From Podarcis vaucheri (taxonomy: Eukaryota), in the NCBI GenBank assembly GCA_965113315.1, contig OZ220368.1: a DNA stretch of 64,000 nucleotides. The stretch is one strand, 5' to 3'. Positions 52,680 through 64,000 of the stretch are shown piece by piece (within the stretch, counting starts at the first letter, position 1; each line of letters starts with the position of its first letter). The notes under the pieces are model-generated. The model was given only the letters and a program-made list of their open reading frames with translations. It was not told the DNA's origin and made no database searches. Position numbers and translations under genes: made by a program.

Positions 52680-53590
52680 ATTACCCACCCTTCATCAGCA
52701 GGTGCCAGGGCTGGTTACTATGATTTAAATTCAGTATTAAAAACAGTTAAAACTAATTTCAGGTGGGTCCTGAAAACACACATCTGAAAACACCAGGATA
52801 AAAAGATGCGTCTTCAGCAACTGACAAAGGCTATATAGCAAAGGTGCCACTATTTATAAGCTGCTGCAAAGAATGTCCTCTCCTGAGCCATCACCTTGAA
52901 TTTCTGAGGGCGGCAGAGCCACCCAAAGGGCGTCTCTGCTGATCTTAATATCTGAGAGGGTCTGTAGAGAAGGCAGCAGTGTCTCAGATATTTGGGGCTT
53001 AAATAATTTAGAGCTTTAAAAACTAGCATGAGCAGCTTGAATTGGCAGAAAATGTAGCTGTTTTAGAACATGAGTTGCATAGGGGATAGCTCAGTTGGTT
53101 AGAGCATGGTGCTGATAATGCCAAGGTTGCAGGTTCAATCCCCGTATGGGACAGATGCCTATTCCTGCATTGCAGGGGGTTGGACTAGATGACCCTTGTG
53201 GTCCCTTCCAGCTCTACAGTTATATGATTCTATAAGTGCTAAAGGCAAACCCAGCCAGCGATCTGACCATTGAATTTTGAACCAGTTTAAGTTTCCAAGT
53301 CATCTTCATGTAGAGTAGTCCAATCTGGAAGTTACCAGAGCATGCAGCACTGTGGCGAAGTCACCTCTGTCCATAAGGGGTTGTAGCTGGCAAACCAGCC
53401 ATAGCAGGAAATTAGCCACCAAAAGTGACAATGCTGGACAACACCCTCAAGCTATGAACCTGCTTCTTCCAGGGGATTGCAACCCTGCTCAGAAGAGGCT
53501 GCTCTCCCAGCTCCTGGATTTTCAGGATTCATTTCTAATTTGTTGGCCCACATCCAGTCCATCACTGCCTTCAAATATAACAAAATATAG
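52680..53590 (-). mobile_element. Degenerate L2 LINE fragment hosting a tRNA-SINE insertion
   Basis: LKAVMDWMWANKLEMNP (L2-like WMRANKLKLNP) and SRLDY motifs; similar by eye to 25330-25600. Confidence 0.7.
53080..53233 (+). mobile_element. tRNA-Ile-derived SINE with CR1 3' tail
   Basis: Head TAGCTCAGTTGGTTAGAGCATGGTGCTGATAATGCCAAGGTTGCAGGTTCAATCCCCGTA (A and B boxes, GAT at 53114-53116). Tail GCAGGGGGTTGGACTAGATGACCCTTGTGGTCCCTTCCA...ATGATTCTAT closely matches the CR1 end at 19679-19733. Confidence 0.88.
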
Positions 53591-56500
53591 TAACAGCAAG
53601 CAATGATGACCTGCATCATGGCTGACAGGAGGCAGAGGGAACCCCCAAGAACGGGGATCCAAACTCCTAGCCTCCTGTTCCTTGACCCTGGATATTTCCA
53701 AACATTATGTATGTGCGTTTCCCTACATTGCTCCTCTCTACTTGTGAGGCGCATGCATATGCTTTATATCGCCTTCCCCAACCCCAAAATGTTTTGTACT
53801 AGAATTCTCATCATTCCTCACTATTGGCTTTGCTAGCTGGGGCTGATGGGAATTGGGGAAGGCTACTCTCTACTGACTTGTAATTGCAAGTGAAAATAGG
53901 TTGTGGGGGTTGGTGGGCTTCATAAGCATGGTCAGAGATGGCTAAAATAAATAAATCCACAGATACCTTCTCACCATACATTTCTGAAGGTATGTCTAAT
54001 CTATGGAACATAGAAGTGTTCTGGTTTTGGCAGGACCTGCCTTGCTTTGCCAGCAAAGTTAATGAAAAATGTTGACTGTCTCATTAACAGAGCAATCCTA
54101 TGAATGTTTACTCAGAAGCTTCACTTGTATTCAGTTAAATTTATGTTCATATAAGTCCACAAGAGTGAAACCTTTTTGAGGATTTGATGAGGAAGGCAAA
54201 AGCCTACTTTCACAATCTCACACTGGGTTCTTGCAGCTCTGCAGTTGCCAGTAGAGTAAAATGGTGCACAACATTTTCTGGATCATGATTTATATATCAA
54301 TACTCTACTTAACATGCCGCTTAGATTTTCAGCTCTAATAATCCTAGGTGCTACCTGGAACGGCAGCCAAATGCCCCCATCTCAAATTTATTTATTTTTT
54401 ACGGCCAAATAAGCTAAATAAATAAAAACAAAACTACCACAGTGATGTTATTACTGATGCTCATTATGTTCCTGTTCAGCTGTGCCTCTTCTTCCTGAGC
54501 ATGATGATTGGCATGGCTGGGACCTGGAATGAAGCTGGGTTTCTGTGATATATACAAGTGAGGCAGTCACTGACGGAGAGCTATGAAACTGAGCAGCACA
54601 CAAGGGCAAATGCAGGAATACAGCTCAATCACTGATTCCCCTTCCTTTTGTGTATCATGCATCTGGCATTCATGCACTTTCCTCTTGTACTCCAGATACA
54701 GAAAAAGAGAGATTGAGATATGCAGATCCCAAGAGAAGCAGCACTACAAGGCTGCCAAAGAGGGTGCTAAGGGCAAAACAGCGTGAAATTTGGGCAACAG
54801 TAAAAGTATTAGATAAAAAGTTTCTCAGCCCTTCTCTGCCAATTATCAGATCTTTCTGTTTCAAAGTAATTGTCCTTCTGCTTTGCAGTGGTGAAACTCA
54901 CACTGGAGGAAAGTCTATCCAGTCAACGGGTACGAACGCTTTCCAATTGATTCCAATTTATTTTGTGAAGAAAAGGACCATTTAAAATGCTGTCTTCCCT
55001 TTAACACTTCCACTGCTTCTCATGTACCTGCAATGGCAAAATCTGAAGCATCAGAGGTCCATGACATGCCAGCATTTTCTGCTTCCAGGAGAAATATTTC
55101 TCATAATATTTAATTGCATTCTATAACAACATAGAAAACTTGATTTGAACTTTGAGAAAGGGGACATGTGTCAAGTCACTTCCCCTAAAGCAGCTTTTAT
55201 TTTTGCTTACTAGCCATCCTTCAAAATACACATCCATTCATCCATCCTCTTGTCTAACCTGCCAGTCACCAACTAGACCCATGCATCTCTGAACAGTCTA
55301 TCAAAACTCACCCTGACCTTTCAGCCTGGGTCTCACCTGAAAGGCAAAGGGGGAATGTTAAAAGTGACAACATGCCTTGTGAACACAGAGCTCTCAGTTA
55401 GAAAAATGACAGCACCTCTGGACAGCAAGAGTAGAACTGCGGCTGCAGGGCCCAAAGGAAAGGTTAGTTTCAGAAATAAAATTTTATCCTGCTTCTCCAG
55501 CCTGACTTCCATAACACTTCCATTCAATAGGCAGAAAGTATGATTGGCCCTTCAATGCATTCACATAGAATCCACCTCTCAACATGAACCACTGAAAACT
55601 TTACATCCAACTAGCCGTGCAAACAAAAAAATAATTTAGTTTTATTTCCACATCAAATTGATCCCAGAAGTGCAACAAACTTACCTTAGTGAGAACCACA
55701 GTACAGACCACTATGTGAGTATAACCTCCCTTTCACAAAAGTGCCTTTACCTACCACATCTGGTAATCTTTAGAGACTCAATAGCCTGTGTGTTTAACAA
55801 AAGGTGTAAGTCTGACACAAATCCTGTATGAGATGCTAAGAGGTGGCTTTTTGGCACGTACAGAAATGTCATATTTGACATTCAAACGGGACACATACAT
55901 TTTAAATAATGTCAGACACATTCTTAAAATACCTCATTAGGACTCAAGATAGGGAGATTTATGTTTTATGAGATGGATGATTCTCATTATAAAGATATGT
56001 CCACTTTCCTCAAAAAGGATGTACGGAACATCCAGGCGGTTCTGGTGCTGAGTCATCAATGCCCTCGCTTGTTGATACAGAGGAAATACATAGCAGTTTG
56101 TGCTGGGAAAGGCCCAACCTGATATGGGCAAAGATAGGGCCTGCTTGGTTACTTAGCATTCAGTCTGTCATTTTGCTTTCAGAGTTGTGATAGAAGCAGA
56201 GAAAAGGTTTTAAAAATGTGTGGCATCACAGCTGTCAATCTTGCAGCATTCCAGAGACATGACAGAGAAACCCATTCATATCAAAATGAGGTTTACAGTT
56301 TTTCCCCTGACCCAGATTTTTCACAGAAGCAACTTGATGCAAATACACTTGAAACAGCAACCCCCATTTGCTCCAAAATCACTTAACAAGAACTGAAAAC
56401 ATTAACCCCCAGCAACAGAACCAGTTCCAAAGACTTGGATTATTAACTTCTAGCAGTGATTCAGTGGAGAGAGAAGGGGAGGAAAGAAGGGGAGCATTGG

Positions 56501-56902
56501 ACAAATGAGATAGTGTAATTTAGTGGTGCTAAAAAGTTTATCAGGAAATTCAGGGGTCAGTCAACAGCAGTAACTGAAATCACAAGAGATCAGAGTCACA
56601 CTATATAGTACTGATTACAACCTTAAAATTAATTCAAGGGACTACTTTGAGTGTGTAGGCTAGAAATGTTACTAGCACATATAGGCAGTGAAACTAGCAA
56701 GGTCTGGGAATGCAGAGCTGTCAGACTGGAGGTGGATTGAACAATTGAAGACTTAATGCAGCCAGATGTGTGTCTGATTCATTTACTCACAACAAATCTT
56801 TATGCTACAGTGCACCATGAATCCTTGTCAGGCTTCAGAAGGGGTGGAGCTGGCATCTTAGATCTCCTCCCTTCACCTTCATATCAGAGAAGGGCCAGCA
56901 AA

Positions 56903-56905
<3 letters not shown>

Positions 56906-56939
<34 letters not shown>
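56906..56939. repeat. (TAA)n microsatellite
   Basis: Direct inspection. Confidence 0.95.
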
Positions 56940-56940
<1 letters not shown>

Positions 56941-57488
56941 TTATTTATTAAATTTATGAAAAGGTGCACCTTCAGCTCTCAAAGAAAGTCCTCCAGTCTT
57001 ATTCCTCAAGTTAGATTTGCCTGGCATTTTAAGAATTTATTTCCTTTGTATTAGTTCAATTCCTGTCAGCAATAATGCAGAAGGAAGGGCTTCACTGTTC
57101 TCTTGTGAAAGTGTTACATCCTTCAAAACACGCCACAGCAGCTATTTCAGACCTGCCAGGACGTGGTGCCCCAGAGGGTGACTGAATCTGAAAGATTCAA
57201 GACCTCAGAGCCCTCTGTGGCATGAATGGGGATAGCGTTCTCCCTCTGAAAACCTCCCGTTGAATAACCCCTTTTGACCTGTGCACACCTGCGATGGATG
57301 ATTCTACAAGGCGCCACACTAAAAATAAACAAAAACAAGCACACACAGGAAGGAACAGCAGATGCGCAAGTGAGCTGACAAGAGTTTGGAGTGAAAGAAT
57401 AGCTGGAGATGATATACTGTTGGAGACGGGCATGGCAGAAAGGATATGGAGTGACATGACAATTAGAGGCACAGTTCAGCATTCTTAC

Positions 57489-57506
57489 CTCTGATTGGTG
57501 TACCAC
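57489..57506 (-). CDS. PTPRF: PTPRF mini-exon A6 (meA6), 18 nt, GGTPIR, within Ig2
   Basis: ctcaccag|GTGGTACACCAATCAGAG|gtaaga, phase 1-1. The peptide matches the family meA6. A UGC lies about 20 nt upstream, with a CTAAT branch-like motif further upstream. Confidence 0.92.
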
Positions 57507-58570
57507 CTGGTGAGGTAATTTGAATGCAAATAAGATTAGAGAGAAGCGTTAGTACAAAGAGGAAAGGAAGAAAATTGTAACTAAAAAAGTAGAAAGTTTC
57601 TCAAAGCTAGAATCTGTATTAGCGCAACAGGAACAAACAAAAATAAATAAATAAAAAGAAATAAAGGATGTGCAGTAACAAGTCAGAGTGATGCCCTCAG
57701 GTGGTTAGTAAAGCTCTCTGCTACCAAGAACACAGAGTCTGGCCCCATTTTACCCAATTAATATATTGCTGGTCCTACACAAAGGAGGGCTCTGACTCCT
57801 AAGCAAAACCACTAGCATTCATTGTCACAACTGAGATGGAGAAGCCACTGGGATATGGGTGCTGCGCCCTTTTATTCTGCCAGAAGATGGGGCTGTGGGA
57901 GTACCAGAGTGAGGGTTGTGAGAGAGTGTGTGTGGGGAGAAAAATTAAGCATATGGTGTTGGTGAGACACACATTCTTGGTTTAAGATTACATGGACCGT
58001 TGGGGACAAAATCTGATTATGTAATTGAAACTTAAAAACTGAGTGATGAATTCAGGGGTAACTTTAATAAAACCTACACCAGGCTCCCCCTGGCCAGAAA
58101 TTGGTATTCTACACAACAGATTTTTCAAATAAAAATCTAAAGCACTTTCTTCTAGTTTTTATTTGGACCAATGGAGCACCAGACTCGCTCTGCGTAATTT
58201 ATACAGTAGGCAGAGGAAAGGGATTCCAACCCTCCTTATAAGGGAGCAGAAAATAAGTTCACATGCTATGAGTGCATCTTATAAGGAGGGCTTGGTTACA
58301 AAGCTAACTGCTCCAAAACCTCAAGCAAAAGTGCAGTTTGCTCAGTCATGGGCTTTATTGTTAGCATGGCCCAGATGTGCAGAGGGAGACCCGTGTATGT
58401 AAACTGACAGCAAACTCCTCTGATCCCCAGTTTTGTCCCCTTGGTCTTATTTTGTGCAAATGAAGGCTGTTAGTAAGGTGAGGGAGATTCATGCAGATCT
58501 AATTTGTAGGCAGTTCATGGTATGTGTTGGTTTGATGCAAATTTTGCACATCTGAACACCAAGCACTTAC

Positions 58571-58579
58571 CAAAGAAAA
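58571..58579 (-). CDS. PTPRF: Candidate PTPRF 9-nt mini-exon A3-like (VFF)
   Basis: ccctctctttctatctgtttaaactccccag|TTTTCTTTG|gtaagt, phase 1-1, about 1.06 kb upstream of meA6, where meA3 lies in PTPRD. Confidence 0.7.
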
Positions 58580-61500
58580 CTGGGGAGTTTAAACAGATAG
58601 AAAGAGAGGGTTAAACAGGACACAGAGCGTCAAATCATGTTCCGTGTATTGATCAATAAATACCAGTAAGCATATGAGTGCTGTGTATCTGAGATTAACC
58701 GCTCCCCACATTCCATTATCCACAGCACTGATCACCCAATGGGAAACAAAGAAAGACACTCAAAGATTTCTGTAAATACAAAGAAGGCAGATTTTAAGCA
58801 TGTTTAACTTGCCTCTTAAAGAGTAATTAAAATATTTACACTTGTTATCTCTTTCCCTCCCACTCTCCTAGTGCATGTTCCTTCAGGCAGTAGCCCTAGC
58901 TTTTAATCAGAGGAAGCAGTTCCAGCTGCTTCGTTTAGCATTCTCCACAGCCGAGATGACATTACTCCATTTTCGCTTTATGGCTGGTTTATACTTGCTG
59001 ATGCTTTTGTCCACAGATGAGTGAAGCATCAGGAAGGCTAATGTCGTTTGCAGAAGTTGCGGGTAATCTCTACCATAATAAATCTGCTGCCTATTTATCT
59101 GCTTTTCTAACTACCATTCCATCCCCCTTGACAGAACCATTCTCATCACGGAAGCTTGCATGGCTCACAAGCTGTACTGACAGGAAGAAGAGGGTTATTG
59201 GTTCATGTCCCAAAGAAAAATTTGCCGAGTGCTTACTTGCCCCTGCACCATCTCCAAATTATCGCTGTAAATAAAGAGTCTTTATCCCCTTCCCCCACTC
59301 TAAGAGACAAGAAGCATCTCTTACAACAGAGTCCAGAAATGATTCCTGGCTAACTGAAGCAGCATCTGTTTTATGTTGCTGCCAAACAGATCTGGAGCTG
59401 TTCTGTATCCACCTAGTCACTGAAAATTCTGTATGGATGCAAAGCTAAGGAATCCCAACACACACTCAAAATGGATTCCCTAAAGTTTAGCTGGTATGTT
59501 ATTAAAACCCAGTCTCCAGATCTCAGTGTAAGATAGCCCTTGCCAGAGCTGTATAATGACTTTGAAGCAATGAAACAAGATCTCTTTGGACTAGTATGCA
59601 CTAATATATGTTAGAGAATATGGCAATAAAAGACATAAAATAAAAATTATTCAGAACTCCCATGATAGTGGTCAGGATCACCAAATGAAGATGTAAGTCA
59701 TATGCTACAAAATAAAAATTTGGACAACATCCTAAGTTTTAACTCCAATGGAGTACGTTTTCAGCATGAACAAGAATGCAGAAGCTGCCAGTTTATCCAA
59801 TTCCTGTCATCTCTCCTGCTTGAAACCTGGAGACCAACTGCTAGTCATTATAGACTATATTCAGCTAGATGCACCAATGGACTGACTTTGCATGCAGCTT
59901 CCACTGTTCTTATAAGACATCCACCCAACCTAAATAATTAATGACACTTATTATTGTGCTGCCTTAGGGTGCTTCCAGGAGGGGGCTTATATTGCAAACA
60001 TAATGCTCAGATCAGATATTTCAGTGTGCACATTTGGCATGTTAGCTTCCACATATTTCTGTTCCCCACCTCTCTCCCAGTCATGGATATCATTGATATT
60101 CTGCCAGTTGCTGTCCACATTAGAGGACCTCAACAGAGTGTATATGAAAATGGTTTTGTTGTCCCTCCTGTCCAACACTCCACCACCACCCTCCATTGCC
60201 TTCTGCTCTGTGCATGTATGCAGGTATTTCTATACCTGTGTACAGACTGTCGCATTAGGGCCATCCACTGAAATGTCACCACATGTGACAAACTGCCACC
60301 ATCACCACACAAAAAAGTGCTAATGCACTAACTAGCTTCCACACCCGCAGTGACTTTAGGCTTATAAGTTATTTTTACTTATCTATTTTTCGCAGTAAGG
60401 GGTATGGAAATTAAATGTAAAAAAATATATTGCTTGGCATTTTGGTGACAACAACTTCATGCGGACACTTCAAGAAAAAATTGCATGGTTCAGCAGCAAT
60501 TCCACAATAAACTTCTGTCTGGAAGCACCCTTAGTAAGCAGAGACAAGAGCAGGAATTTGGCTGTGCATACAGTCCTTTCATTCCTCACTTCAAGCAAAA
60601 CAAACCATTAACGATAGTTTCCCATTTCATCTGAACTAGGAAACCATGGTTACCAGTTAATTAAACTTTGAAAAACTGTTTAATATCTTGGTTTGTTCTG
60701 AAGATGTTAACCAAAATTTCCTGGTTTGGATGAAAACAGGAAATTATAGTTAAGGAATGACATCTTCATTTGCTCACTTTCTAGCACAAAGGAGCTTTGA
60801 ATGTGATCAAAAGGCTTGTCCATATCACTGATAATCTACATTAGAAACATTCAGGTCTGAATGACCATTTAAACCGAATCCAAACAATTTGAGGTATATG
60901 GCACTTTGCACAGCCTTGAATGCATAACTACAGATATAGCAGACCTGAGGATCTGACTTTCCCAATGAGGTAACTAGGCCAATAATATTTGAAAAGAATG
61001 TTGGTATGCGAGTGCTACTCTGAGTAAAAGCTCAATCCTAACCATGTCTACTCAAAAGTAAGTCTGACTAGAGTCAATGGGGCTTTCTTCCAGGAAAGTT
61101 AGCTAGGACTGCAGCCCAAGCCACCCTAATTCTAAAACCTTTCCACACTTCTGCTGTTCCTTATACTGGATGCTCTGGGTGTTAAGTAATGCAGATCCCA
61201 CCAATGTGTATAAAATGCCTTCCATCCTACAATGCCTCCTAGTAACATTCCCAGGGTTGGCTTTACTGAGAATTCTGTTGTTCAAAATTTTGTAGTTTTT
61301 GGTTGCTTCAATATTAAAAAAATTATAAACCATTTTGGTTGCCTTGGCAGAATGGCAGTCACATAAATACGTTTAATGGATGAATGACTATGCCCACACT
61401 AAATCCATTTCATTACTACTTTTAATTTATGACCAGCCACATTTTCTATTAATGCCTGGCCCAAGCAGCAAGAGCAACTTTGCTGGCCACTTTCTTGATC

Positions 61501-62699
61501 TGGTACTGTAGGAGTATCTTTTAATCATAACCTTGCCAATTATACAATCTCGCCTCCCATTTCAGCTTTGGCTTGTGTGTTTCCTCTCATTTTTACACAA
61601 ATTTTTCAGCAAAGTGTAAATGCCTTCTCCTTAGCCTACATCTTTACTGCCACGCCTTCCTCCACTCTACATAAGTCAATGTTTAATATGCCCTTATTTT
61701 ATTTTACAACATTATTTTATTTAATAGTACCTTGAGCAGCAAGTGCAGGAGGGGTGTGATAGAAAGAAAAACAATTAACAACAGCAAATCTTTACATCAC
61801 TCATCAGCCAGGACCATTAGAGGAACTGTGTTGCCAAACCTCTATGTTGCAGATCTGTCTTCCTTTGCTTGGGGAGCAAGTGATGAAGTGGGAAACTAGG
61901 CCTCTAACATAATCATTCTATGGCTATGTTCCATTTTGAAAGCAATGTCCTAAACACTTGAGGTAAAAACCTAACACATTTTGACTGCTTTTTAATCTTG
62001 TTCATCTTTAAACAAACTCAGATTGAATGTCACAACCTGAATCTTACACAAGTAAGTCAACTGCCTCTCTTAGATTGTATCATGTAAAGGCACAGTTTAG
62101 TTTTTATGATCAAACATTTATTACTATTTACTTCATTTTGGGATGCCACGTTTAGTTGCACCTGGAGGAAAAGCCCACAAATTGCCCTGTCCAGCCTCGG
62201 TACAATCAATAGCGAGGAGGAGCTGCAAGCCACTGTCTAGACTTCGCATTAGTTTTCTTCCACAGTAAATGTAGGAAATATGACTATAACCTTTAAATAC
62301 TTGTTTTCTTTTTTAATAAGTAAGAAAGTTAATCAGAATATGAGAGTGGGGCATGTGAGAGATTATCTGCTGCAGGTTCTATAAAATATGCTTGCCTTTT
62401 ATTGCACATAGCACTGGTTATATTATTTGTTAATGCATGATTATACTGGAAGGCTTTCTCATATCTGGCTTTGGCTTACCTATTTAATATAAATAATATC
62501 AGCTGATAAGATTTAATGACTTATATTGTCTATTTTATATAAACATTATAACGTTCGTTTTATCGAAATGAATGATTTATTCAAATTTTGTTATATTTTG
62601 TAATGAATTGGTTTTGGACTATTTAGTGTAGTGATGTATTCATATGTTTTTGCTGTTTTGTTGTGAGTCGCTTTAAGGCATGCTTATAGTGGTAAGTGG

Positions 62700-64000
62700 C
62701 ATACATTAGAAGAACCCTGCTGGCTCAGAAACTGTCTACAGTGGCCAAACAGATGCCTATTGGAAGTTCAGAAGCAAGACCTGAGAGCAACAGCACCCTT
62801 TCCACTGATGATTCCCAGTAACCTCAATACTGCCTCTGACAGCAGAGATAGTACATAGACATCAAGGCACTAGTAGCCACTGATAAATTTATTCCTAATC
62901 CTCTTTTTAAAGCCACCCACACCAGTAACTACAACTACATTTTGGTGGTGTAGATTGTTGAATGGTCACTTTAAAATGTGAAGGTTCATTATTGCTTCAC
63001 AAGTTGTGCATGTCTTTAAGGGCCAGGGCCAAGGCAAATAACGAGACCCAGTCTTACAGCTGTGAAACATAGCAGGTGCTGCTAGGTTGTGTTAATTAAG
63101 CTGTGTCAGCATTTGGGCATAGTATATAAGGAACAGCACCTAGCTCCCTCATTACCCTGGGGGATGGGTTGGTGGTTGGGTCTGGTTTGTTGTTGATGTA
63201 TTTAGTGTATAAGGAGTTTTTGTTTTTGTTATTAAAACCTTGTTTAAGTTATTTTTGAGTCCCTTTTTAATGCATGGTCTCCCCAGCAAGCTCTCTGCAG
63301 CGCTACTAAACTGCAAATAGCCATAGTTAATAATAAATTAGTTAATTTTATTTCAGCTGATTATATACCTGTGTGAAGAAGTACTTTCTTTTATATGTCT
63401 GTCCTGAATCCTCCAACGTTTAGCTTCATTGGATGGGCCCAAATTAGTATGAAAGTGGGAGAAGAATGTCTCCCTATCCAATTTCTCCACACTATGAATA
63501 ATCTTACACACCTTTACCATGTCCCTGTCACTCAACTTGTATTGTAAACTTCTCATGGGGGAGTTGCTGAAACCTCTTGATCATTTTGGCTTTCCCTTTC
63601 TGAACCTTTTTGAACTCCACAATATCCTTTTAGAGGTGAGTCAACCACAAGTGTACACAGTATTCCGAATGAAGTTGCACCATAGATTTGTATAACAGCA
63701 TTATGATATCAGCAGTTTTATTTTCAATTCCTTTCCTAATGATCCCTAGCATGGAATCTGCACTTTCAGTTGCTGATCACTGGGTCAACAACTTCAAGTT
63801 ATCTGCTGTGACCCCAAAATCTCATTTCTAGTGAGTCAGCACCAATTCACAATTTTTTTTGCCTCAGTGTGCATCACTTAACACTTCCTTACATTGAATT
63901 CTATTTGCCATTTTATGCACACTCACCCAATTTGGAGAGATCCTTCTGGAGCACCTTACAATCCAATTTTTGTTTTAAACACACTGAACGATTTGGTATC
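62700..64000 (-). mobile_element. Old CR1-type LINE, interrupted at about 62949-63312, running off the window
   Basis: Minus frame RDMVKVCKIIHSVEKLDRETFF matches the CR1 ORF2 C-terminus; further decayed motifs toward 64000; homologous to 18340-18716. Confidence 0.8.
62949..63312 (+). mobile_element. Possible solo LTR nested in the old CR1
   Basis: About 360-bp block absent from the sister copy. Starts TGTAG, contains TATATAAG (63123) then ATTAAA (63231), and ends near GCGCTAC. No clean TSD. Confidence 0.4.

Noticed and set aside
53080-53153. Apparent tRNA-Ile(GAT) gene
   Set aside because: Acceptor stem is degenerate and it runs directly into a CR1-derived tail, so it is a SINE head.
59237-59242. 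6-nt cag|GGGCAA|gtaagc microexon-like pattern
   Set aside because: No polypyrimidine tract upstream of the AG.

Overview
Vertebrate genomic DNA, very likely a lacertid lizard given a Sauria/Squam1-type SINE and squamate CR1/L2 repeats. The whole window lies inside the receptor tyrosine phosphatase gene PTPRF (LAR) on the minus strand. I traced 13 complete standard-size exons plus one edge-truncated exon by GT-AG boundaries and reading phase; they run from the second half of Ig2 through Ig3 and the FNIII repeats to the furin site and membrane-proximal region. The Ig1/Ig2a, transmembrane and phosphatase sequences lie outside the window. The introns hide in-frame microexons that the ORF track misses: meA6 (GGTPIR, 18 nt), meB (DPRE, 12 nt), meC (LRFKDAIDH, 27 nt) and a 9-nt meA3-like candidate (VFF) that I do not know from mammalian LAR. 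Other notable items are (1) a 1.87-kb, TSD-flanked, single-ORF, RT-less retroelement (HAL1-like) with a hairpin-rich CpG leader, nested in a Sauria SINE; (2) a RAB6 retrocopy fragment that stops at what I recall as an exon boundary; (3) a candidate AG|GTGAGT recursive or terminal-exon site; (4) a candidate 96-nt in-frame exon next to meC; and (5) several nested TE insertions. All homology calls come from recalled sequences, not database searches.
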